In this document: positions 25,173 through 32,000 of the stretch, in pieces
Position numbering within the stretch: position 1 is the stretch's first letter
Layout: each line of letters starts with the position of its first letter
Assembly: GCF_000020965.1 (NCBI RefSeq)
Contig: NC_011297.1
Location: 1,428,525-1,460,524, forward strand
Origin: Dictyoglomus thermophilum H-6-12
GTDB lineage: Bacteria > Dictyoglomota > Dictyoglomia > Dictyoglomales > Dictyoglomaceae
Length of the DNA: 32,000 bases
Reading direction: 5' to 3'
Notes under the pieces: generated by a model
The model's input: the letters and a program-made list of their open reading frames with translations, nothing else
The model's database searches: none
What the model was told of the DNA's origin: nothing
Position numbers and translations under genes: made by a program

Positions 25173-26855
25173 ATGGAATTAAAATGTGTAGGATACTTAG
25201 TAGGAGAAAGCTATTGTGATAATTTCCAATTTATTACCAACGAAGAATTAGCTCCTAAAAGGCTCGAATATGTGGTAATCAAAGGGATTGCCTCTTCAAA
25301 TGAGGAAGTAGAAGTATTAGCTCAAGTAGAAAGTCTAAAAGCCTTTTCAGATGTACTCTCAGAAGATCAAGAATACGATGCTACAACAAAACTTTTGGAA
25401 TTAAACTACAAGATTCCTCTAAAACTTATAGCTTCTGCAAGAGTACTAGGATATTTGGACAAAGATGGAAATATTCTTCTTCCTAGATCTGTATCTCTCC
25501 CAGGTTCTCCTGTATACCTTGCCCCCGATGACCTTCTTCAAAGATTCTTTACCCACAATAAAAGCACTGCTATTGAAATAGGTACTCTTCTTTACAGACC
25601 TAACGTAAAAGTTACCCTTGACCCTAACGGCCTTAGAAGGCACCTTGCCATAATAGCTCAAACAGGGGCAGGAAAATCTTATCTCACAGGACTTCTTTTA
25701 GAGAAACTTGTAAAGTTAGGAGCAACTATACTGGTCTTTGATCCTAATAGTGATTATGTACTTTTAAGAAGAAAAAGAAACAATTTAAAAGAATTCTCGT
25801 CTATTGCCCATAATGTCACTATTTATAGAATTCCTAAAGTACAAGGAAGATTTTCCGATGATATGATAGGTGGTGTGGAACCTTACTCCATAAGGTTTAG
25901 CGAATTAGAAAATGAACAAATAGCAGAAATTCTTGGAATATCCGAATATAGCAATATAAGAGATGCCGTTGAAAAAGCAATTGAAGAATTAAGAGAGTCA
26001 AGAATAGATTTCACTCCCAATGAGTTATATGAGAAACTTAAGGATATGGCAGGAATAGAAGAAAAAGATGAAGAAGATTTTAGTCTGGACTTTGATGACT
26101 ACGAAAGAAAAATTATAGAAAAAATGGAAAAAAAGAATAAGAAAAAATATCCTGAGGAAACTATGATTGGAGCAAGGAAGGCACTAAAATATGTAAAATG
26201 GATAAAGGATTATCCTATATGGGGATTTAAAGATATCTCTCCTGAAAAAATATTAAAACCTGCCCACATATCAGTCATTGATCTTGCAGGAATAGAAAAA
26301 AATCTTCAAGATCTTGTAGTTAGTAAACTCTTAAATGATATATGGACAAAAGCAAAGTCTGAGGGTCTTCCCTATCCTTTGTTTATAGTACTCGAAGAGG
26401 CCCATAACTTAGTGCCAAAAGAAAAGGGAGAAAAATTAAAAAGTGCAAGAATAATAAACTCCATCGCTGCAGAGGGTAGAAAATTTAAAGTATTTCTTAT
26501 AGTAGTTACCCAAAGACCTTATAAAATAAGCAGTAATACTCTTTCTCAATGCGGAAGTCAAATCATTATGAGACTCACAAATCCCACTGATCAGACTGCA
26601 GTGAAAGAAGCTTCCGAAGCTCTCTCTGAGAATCTATTCCAGGATCTTCCAGGATTAAATATTGGAGAAGCAATAATTCTAGGAAGATTAACCAAAATAC
26701 CTGTAATGGTAAAGATTGGAGAAAGAGAAACTGCAGAGGGTGGATTTGATATTGACTTAGAAGAAGAATTCCAAAAAGCTTTAGACAACATAGAAAGTAC
26801 TATGATAGAAAAGAATGATACAGAAATTCTACCTGACTTTGGGAGTGAAATCTAA
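25173..26855 (+). CDS. herA: HerA-type (FtsK/HerA superfamily, DUF87) hexameric DNA translocase/helicase
   Basis: Has a HAS-barrel-like N-terminus, RRHLAIIAQTGAGKSY (Walker A, K168), PLFIVLEEAHNL (Walker B), and RKFKVFLIVVTQRP...IIMRLTNPTD. The SD GGGAGG lies upstream. Confidence 0.85.
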   Translation: MELKCVGYLVGESYCDNFQFITNEELAPKRLEYVVIKGIASSNEEVEVLAQVESLKAFSDVLSEDQEYDATTKLLELNYKIPLKLIASARVLGYLDKDGNILLPRSVSLPGSPVYLAPDDLLQRFFTHNKSTAIEIGTLLYRPNVKVTLDPNGLRRHLAIIAQTGAGKSYLTGLLLEKLVKLGATILVFDPNSDYVLLRRKRNNLKEFSSIAHNVTIYRIPKVQGRFSDDMIGGVEPYSIRFSELENEQIAEILGISEYSNIRDAVEKAIEELRESRIDFTPNELYEKLKDMAGIEEKDEEDFSLDFDDYERKIIEKMEKKNKKKYPEETMIGARKALKYVKWIKDYPIWGFKDISPEKILKPAHISVIDLAGIEKNLQDLVVSKLLNDIWTKAKSEGLPYPLFIVLEEAHNLVPKEKGEKLKSARIINSIAAEGRKFKVFLIVVTQRPYKISSNTLSQCGSQIIMRLTNPTDQTAVKEASEALSENLFQDLPGLNIGEAIILGRLTKIPVMVKIGERETAEGGFDIDLEEEFQKALDNIESTMIEKNDTEILPDFGSEI

Positions 26856-28036
26856 TGATCAAAATCGTGATTACTGCAGACAATCACTTGGGAAAGTATT
26901 ACAAGAAACTGCTTCCAGAAAGATTGCAAGAACGAAGAAAAAGGTTAAGAAATGTCTTTGAGGAAGTAGTAAATTACGCTATAGAAGAAAAAGCAGATAT
27001 CTTTATCCATGCTGGAGACTTATTTGATTCCTCAACTCCCAGGAACCAAGATCTAACTTTTATTGCTCGTGAATTTTCAAAAATGGTAAAAAATAACATA
27101 AAAATATACGCTATTGGAGGAAATCATGATGCTCCAAATATGCTTGAGTCTGACTCTTACCCTATAAGGATTTTTGAAGAAGCAGGATTAATAAAGACCT
27201 TTTCCTCGCAGTCTACAATAAGCTATGAAATCTTCGAAAAAGATAACATAAGTATACTTGTTTCTGGCCTATCTCATGACCCAAGAAAAAAGGGAAAAAT
27301 AGACCCATTAGAAAAAAATGTAATAGTTCCTCCAGATTTCCCTAAGGAAAACAATTTATTCAAGATCCTAATTCTTCACTACTCCTTTGAAAAATTTGCT
27401 CACCCCAAAGCCCAAGAGCCCCAAGTCTCCACTAACACTCTTTACGATTTGCCTTTTGATCTTTATATATTAGGTCACTTACATGAACAAAACACCTATC
27501 GCTTTGCCAACAAACATGTAATTATTCCTGGCAGTACAGAAAGATTTGATTTTGGAGAAGAAAATCTTAAACCAGGATTTTATCTCTTAACTATTGAAAA
27601 GGGAAGGATAAATTATGAACATATAGAGCTGAACGTTCAGCCAATGAAAAATTTAGAAATTAAATTAACAGAAATACCACAAAAAGAACCTACAAATTCC
27701 ATTATAGAGAGAATAATAAAAAACTCCCACAAAGACCTACTTTTAAAATGCAAACTTGTGGGAGAGATTCCACTCTCCATGTATCAGTCTATTAACTTTA
27801 GTAAAATTCTCGAGGCAGGAATAAACTCTAACTTTTTGTTTGATCTTGATACCCAAAACTTAAGAATAAAGGGTGAAGAGATAAATACCCTCCCTGCTCC
27901 AGAGCTTAGTGTTGACAAAAATCTTGAAATAATTACAAAAAAATATATAGAAGAAGTTCCTGAAGACAGAGAGATAATATTAGAGGCTTTGAAATGGATA
28001 AAAGAAGAATTAAAAAGTAGAGAAATAATACTATGA
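26855..28036 (+). CDS. mre11: Mre11/SbcD-type metallophosphoesterase nuclease
   Basis: All calcineurin-like phosphoesterase motifs are present: ITADNHLG, HAGDLFD, GGNHD, ILHYS and LGHLHE. A C-terminal helical tail is plausible for Rad50 binding. The start overlaps the herA stop (TAATG). Confidence 0.85.
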   Translation: MIKIVITADNHLGKYYKKLLPERLQERRKRLRNVFEEVVNYAIEEKADIFIHAGDLFDSSTPRNQDLTFIAREFSKMVKNNIKIYAIGGNHDAPNMLESDSYPIRIFEEAGLIKTFSSQSTISYEIFEKDNISILVSGLSHDPRKKGKIDPLEKNVIVPPDFPKENNLFKILILHYSFEKFAHPKAQEPQVSTNTLYDLPFDLYILGHLHEQNTYRFANKHVIIPGSTERFDFGEENLKPGFYLLTIEKGRINYEHIELNVQPMKNLEIKLTEIPQKEPTNSIIERIIKNSHKDLLLKCKLVGEIPLSMYQSINFSKILEAGINSNFLFDLDTQNLRIKGEEINTLPAPELSVDKNLEIITKKYIEEVPEDREIILEALKWIKEELKSREIIL

Positions 28037-30984
28037 TTAAACTTGTAAGTCTTACTCTTAGGAACTTTAAACAATATCGAACTGCTCATATAAACTTTCC
28101 TGAAAAAGGTAAGATCCTTATCAAGGGAAAAAATGAGGCAGGAAAAAGCACCATATTTGAAGCTATAGGCTTTGCCCTATTTGGGAAACCGGTATATGTG
28201 GGTACCATTTCAAACCTGATAAAGTTTAATACAGAAAAAGCAGAAATTGAACTTGTAGTAAAAACTGAAGATAAAATCTTAACTATAAGCAGAACACTTA
28301 AGAAAAACCCTCAAGGTAGTACCTCTCAGGAAGCTACACTTCGCATAAAGCAAAATAATAATCCAACTCCTATTATCGTAACAAACCCTAGCAGTGTAAA
28401 TCCAAGAATTATAAAAGAAATAGGCATAGACCAAGATATATTCATAAATACCTGCTTCATAGGGCAGAAAAGGTTAGAAACATTAGAGAATTTAGGAGCT
28501 AAAGAAAGACAACAACTTATATCTAAACTATTTAATTTAGATTACTTTGTAAATCTAATAGAAAAGGCAAAAGATACAAGAAAGGAATTTATAAGTCAAA
28601 AAGAGAACTATGAACTTATTAGAAAAGCAGCAGAAGCCAAGAAAGAACTCCCTGAAATTAAGGAAAGAATTAATGAAATAGAAAACAGAATAAAGGAAAT
28701 CGAAAAGATAGAATTATCTCAAAATATTGTAAAAAAAGAGGAACTCTTACATAACTTAGAAGAAGAGATTAAAAAATTAGAGGAAGAATTTGATAAAGTA
28801 AAAAAGGATGTGGAACTATTAGAAAAGTGCAAAGAAGAGGAGAAAATTATAAGCGAAATAAAAAGTATTGAGGAAAAAATCAAAGTACTGGAAAGACAGA
28901 AGAGTGAAAACTTACAAAGAATTAAAAATTTAGAGGAAAGGATAAAAGAAGAAGGAGAGATAAGAGAAAAAATAAGGTTTTTGGAGGAAGTAAAAAATAT
29001 AAAATCTCAAATTGATGAAATCACAAAAACAATAAATGAGGAAAAATTAAAAATCTCAAAACTGGAAGAGATAATCCCAAATCTGTCAGAAAAGGTAGAA
29101 AAATATAAAGAAACAATTAAGGAAATAGAAAAAGAAAAAACTTTATTAGATGAAATTAACAAAGTAGAAAATGAAATCCAGAAACTTGAAGAAAGAAAAA
29201 GAAATCTTGAAAAAAGAAAAGAAAGGTTAGAAAAAATATTAAATAACTTTTCAAATACCAAAGAAATTCTTGATCCTTATAAAAAAGCATTAGAGTACAA
29301 AGAAAAAGAAATCCAAATTTTCTCATTACAAAAAGATTTCTCAAAGGCTAAAAATAGACTAATTCTTACTTCTACCTTAACTATCCTTTCCTTTGTTTTA
29401 TCCTTTGCTTTAAACTACTTTTTCCTAATACCCTCCTTGGTACTCCTAATCTTTAGTTTTCTTACCTATAGAAATTATTCTCAAACCAATAAAGATCTCA
29501 CTAAACAATTAAGCATTTTGGAATTTATAAAAAAAGACATTCCTGACCATCTTAAAGATAAAAATCAAAAAGAGTTAGAACAAGAGCTCCAAAATCTTGA
29601 AAAAGAACTTGAAGCTAAGAAAATTAAAACAGAAAAAATAATAGAATCGTTAAAGACAAAAGCCTCAAGTATAGACACTTTAACCTTAATAGAGGAAAGG
29701 ACAAAGCTAAAAAGAGAAATTGACAACATAAACTCACTAAAAACTGAGGCTGAAAGATTAATCTCCGAGCTTGCCTCAAGGCTTAGTTGTAATAAAGATA
29801 TTAAATCTGTAGAAGAAAAATTACTAAAGGCACAAGAGATCTTAGAAAAGAAAAAGCAAGAACTTAAAGAAAAAGAAACAGAAATGGAAAATCTAAAAAA
29901 ATCCGATCCCCTTCCTGACAAGGAACTTTTAGTTTTAAGCTCTGAAAAAGGCTCTTTGGAAAATAGGCTTAAAAATATAGAGGAAGATAAAAAAGAGTTA
30001 GCTGATAAAGAGAAGAGAAAAATAGAGCTTGAAGAAGATATCAAAAGAGCACAAGATGAAATTGAAAGGCTATCGAAAAAATTACCTTCATTAAGCGAAG
30101 ATTATATAAATAAATTGAAGGATACTATAAAAGACTTAGAGGAAAGAAAGGTAAAAGAAAAATACGACAGTATATCATCCCAACTGAACAATAAGAGGGG
30201 ACAAAGAGAGGCTGTAGAAAAAGAATATACCAAACTTATCGAAGAATTCAAAAATCGTTTTAAGGAAGAAAATTGGAAAGACTATGCTTCAATAAGCATA
30301 GACCCTAAGGAAAAAGAAATGCTTTTGAGTCAAAAAGAAGAACTTATCAAAACCCTCGGAGAAAAGGAGGCTATACTTGAAGAGTATGAGAGCAAAACAG
30401 GACAAAAAAGGGATGACTTGATACCAGAAAAAGTAGAAGAAGACTATAAAGAGATAGAAAGAAAAATACAAAAAATGGATTATGCTATCAAGATTGCTGA
30501 AAGTACAAGAGAAAGCATATTAAAATCTATACTTCCAAGAACCATGGCTTTTATGCAAAGAATATTACCTATCTTAACATCAGATAGATACCATTACGCC
30601 GAGATTGATGAAGATTATAAACTAAGAGTATACACCAGCGATACTAAAGATCCATTAGGAAAAGAAAGATTCAGTGGTGGAACTCAGGACCAGATCTCTT
30701 TAGCTTTAAGGCTTGCTTTTGCTATGGCAACTCTTCCCCAAGATAAAGGAGTACAACCTAAATTCATATTCTTAGATGAACCTTTAGGGTCCTTTGATGA
30801 AGACAGAGCAAAAGGACTATTATATCTCATAACCCAAGGAGAAGTATCAGAATTTTTTGATCAAATATTTGTAGTAACTCACGTACCGATAGACGAAGAC
30901 CTATTCGATGAAGTCTATTACATAGATAATGGACAAATAACAAAAATAGATAATGATAATCCTAATCTAAATTTAGAGTTTTAA
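28033..30984 (+). CDS. rad50: Rad50/SbcC-like SMC-family ATPase, hook-less, with central hydrophobic hairpin
   Basis: Carries Walker A GKNEAGKST (K38), the Q-loop region FIGQ, signature FSGGTQDQ (S881), Walker B FIFLDEP (D915 E916), and the H-loop VVTHV. K/E-rich heptad-like arms several hundred aa long lie on each side of residues 443-479. The start overlaps the mre11 stop (ATGA). Confidence 0.85.
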   Translation: MIKLVSLTLRNFKQYRTAHINFPEKGKILIKGKNEAGKSTIFEAIGFALFGKPVYVGTISNLIKFNTEKAEIELVVKTEDKILTISRTLKKNPQGSTSQEATLRIKQNNNPTPIIVTNPSSVNPRIIKEIGIDQDIFINTCFIGQKRLETLENLGAKERQQLISKLFNLDYFVNLIEKAKDTRKEFISQKENYELIRKAAEAKKELPEIKERINEIENRIKEIEKIELSQNIVKKEELLHNLEEEIKKLEEEFDKVKKDVELLEKCKEEEKIISEIKSIEEKIKVLERQKSENLQRIKNLEERIKEEGEIREKIRFLEEVKNIKSQIDEITKTINEEKLKISKLEEIIPNLSEKVEKYKETIKEIEKEKTLLDEINKVENEIQKLEERKRNLEKRKERLEKILNNFSNTKEILDPYKKALEYKEKEIQIFSLQKDFSKAKNRLILTSTLTILSFVLSFALNYFFLIPSLVLLIFSFLTYRNYSQTNKDLTKQLSILEFIKKDIPDHLKDKNQKELEQELQNLEKELEAKKIKTEKIIESLKTKASSIDTLTLIEERTKLKREIDNINSLKTEAERLISELASRLSCNKDIKSVEEKLLKAQEILEKKKQELKEKETEMENLKKSDPLPDKELLVLSSEKGSLENRLKNIEEDKKELADKEKRKIELEEDIKRAQDEIERLSKKLPSLSEDYINKLKDTIKDLEERKVKEKYDSISSQLNNKRGQREAVEKEYTKLIEEFKNRFKEENWKDYASISIDPKEKEMLLSQKEELIKTLGEKEAILEEYESKTGQKRDDLIPEKVEEDYKEIERKIQKMDYAIKIAESTRESILKSILPRTMAFMQRILPILTSDRYHYAEIDEDYKLRVYTSDTKDPLGKERFSGGTQDQISLALRLAFAMATLPQDKGVQPKFIFLDEPLGSFDEDRAKGLLYLITQGEVSEFFDQIFVVTHVPIDEDLFDEVYYIDNGQITKIDNDNPNLNLEF
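29359..29469 (+). other. predicted helical-hairpin membrane anchor at the Rad50 coiled-coil apex (aa 443-479)
   Basis: The segment reads KAKNR-LILTSTLTILSFVLSFAL-NY-FFLIPSLVLLIFSFLTY-RNYSQTNK. Two hydrophobic stretches of about 17-18 aa are joined by a short turn, with basic residues on both flanks. Confidence 0.6.
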
Positions 30985-31828
30985 GATATTCTTTAAATTG
31001 TTCTCCAAGTCCTTCTCTTTTAAGAGCAAGCTCTACTGAGGCTATTAAAAATCCAAGTTTACTACCTGTATCATACCTCTTACCTTTAAATTCATAAGCA
31101 TATATGGCTTCTTTCTCCAAAAGCATTTTCAACCCATCCGTAAGCTGTATTTCTCCCCCTCTTCCAGGCTTAACTTTCTCAAGCATAGGAAATATCTCAG
31201 GAGTTAATATATACCTTCCTACAATAGCAAGATCAGAAGGTGCCTCATCTACCGACGGTTTCTCTACAAGATCAGTTACTTGATATATACCCTCATCAAT
31301 CTTCTTACCTGCTATAACCCCATAATTTTTAACCTCGTCTTTTGGAACTCTCTCTACAGCTATGACTGAGCATTTGTATCTTTCATATATCTCTATCATC
31401 TGTTTCATACAAGGCACATCACTTACAATAAGATCATCGCTCAAAATTACAGCAAAAGGTTCATTCTTAACAAGTTCTTTGGTAACCAAAACAGCATGAC
31501 CAAGCCCAAGAGGTTCTTTCTGCCTAATATAATAGACAGTAGCAAGCTCTGAGATCTCCCTTACCTGTCTCAGTAAGTCCAATTCTCCTTTTTTCTGTAA
31601 GAAATATTCCAGTTCAAAAGATATATCAAAATGATCTTCGATCGCCCTCTTATTCCTGCCTGTGACAATAATTATCTCGTCAATTCCAGAATTTACAGCC
31701 TCCTCTACTGCATATTGAATTATAGGCTTATCCACTACAGGAAGCATCTCCTTAGGTTGCGCCTTTGTAGCTGGAAGAAATCTAGTACCAAGACCTGCAG
31801 CAGGAAAGACAGCCTTATTTATAGACAT
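30962..31828 (-). CDS. galU: UTP--glucose-1-phosphate uridylyltransferase GalU
   Basis: The N-terminus AVFPAAGLGTRFLPATKAQPKEMLPVVDKP, then LGLGHAV and VEKP, are classic GalU strings. The SD GGGGG lies upstream. Confidence 0.92.
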   Translation of the reverse strand: MSINKAVFPAAGLGTRFLPATKAQPKEMLPVVDKPIIQYAVEEAVNSGIDEIIIVTGRNKRAIEDHFDISFELEYFLQKKGELDLLRQVREISELATVYYIRQKEPLGLGHAVLVTKELVKNEPFAVILSDDLIVSDVPCMKQMIEIYERYKCSVIAVERVPKDEVKNYGVIAGKKIDEGIYQVTDLVEKPSVDEAPSDLAIVGRYILTPEIFPMLEKVKPGRGGEIQLTDGLKMLLEKEAIYAYEFKGKRYDTGSKLGFLIASVELALKREGLGEQFKEYLKTLNLD

Positions 31829-31839
31829 AGCAATACCCC

Positions 31840-32000
31840 CTATTCCTCTGGAATCTTTATAATTACAATAGTCAAAGAGCCTTCTTCCACTAAAAGTTGG
31901 TGAGAGGTATTAGCAGGAATAAAAAGTACATCACCACTTTTCATATCAATAGTCTCATAGTTTAAAATATTACACCCTCTAATCTCGTATGGTTCAACTT
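31840..32000 (-). CDS. cupin-domain protein (partial; N-terminus beyond window)
   Basis: The reverse complement reads ...VEPYEIRGCNILNYETIDMKSGDVLFIPANTSHQLLVEEGSLTIVIIKIPEE*, where GD..FIPA...H is a cupin motif-2-like string. The stop codon is the complement of 31840-31842. Confidence 0.55.
   Translation of the reverse strand, partial: VEPYEIRGCNILNYETIDMKSGDVLFIPANTSHQLLVEEGSLTIVIIKIPEE

Noticed and set aside
25173-26855. HerA as part of a Sir2-HerA or DUF4297-HerA type anti-phage pair
   Set aside because: The adjacent partner carries a NurA-like D-E-D pattern rather than Sir2 or DUF4297 features, and Mre11/Rad50 genes follow. The canonical resection-module reading is more parsimonious. 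A defence role remains only a hypothesis under the main finding.
29007-30471. Four minus-strand ORFs (60-159 aa) rich in F/S/L inside rad50
   Set aside because: They are reverse complements of GAA/AAG/AAA-rich coiled-coil codons (giving TTC/CTT/TTT). They have no start context or motifs, and the sense frame has an intact ABC ATPase at both ends.
28600-30500. Purine-rich, repetitive-looking DNA (aaagaa/gaaaa runs) that could suggest tandem repeats or a CRISPR-like array
   Set aside because: I saw no fixed-length repeat unit or spacer periodicity. The pattern is explained by Lys/Glu/Ile-rich heptad coding in one continuous ORF.

Overview
This is a gene-dense, visibly AT-rich chromosomal window (roughly one-third G+C by eye). 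The K/E/I-rich proteins point to a thermophilic bacterium. My guess is a Dictyoglomus-like lineage, which I cannot verify without a search. I support 35 protein-coding genes (two cut by the window edges) and one tRNA-Ser(GCU). I see no rRNA, CRISPR array, transposase, integrase or prophage signal.

Layout:
- 1-5400: AraC-like regulator, histidine phosphatase, tRNA-Ser, a standalone Clp-N protein, an MBL hydrolase, PolX and TrmI.
- 5324-17888, minus strand: a 14-gene run with almost no intergenic space, yebC-ruvC-ruvA-ruvB-queH-lipid kinase-DUF2905-spoIID-queA-tgt-yajC-secD-secF-recJ.
- 17994-21282: HAD hydrolase, Nnr, a NusG-domain-II protein and a SagB-like dehydrogenase.
- 21357-30984, plus strand: a translationally coupled 7-gene run. 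Three envelope-type genes (GlmS-like SIS protein, divergent PAP2/DUF212, GT4 glycosyltransferase) lead directly into an archaeal-style nurA-herA-mre11-rad50 module.
- 30962-32000: galU and a partial cupin gene.

The most interesting signal is the Rad50-like ATPase (28033-30984). It has intact Walker A, signature, Walker B and H-loop motifs and long coiled-coil arms. It has no CxxC zinc hook. Exactly at the coiled-coil apex it carries a 37-residue hydrophobic hairpin flanked by basic residues, which predicts a membrane-inserted apex.

Secondary observations:
- Extended -10 elements (TGnTAnnnT) recur 6-10 nt upstream of SD-less ATG codons at many operon-leading genes, suggesting leaderless mRNAs.
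- Three convergent gene pairs overlap at their 3' ends, leaving no terminator space.
- RecJ carries a C-terminal region of about 250 aa beyond the part I recognise as the RecJ core.
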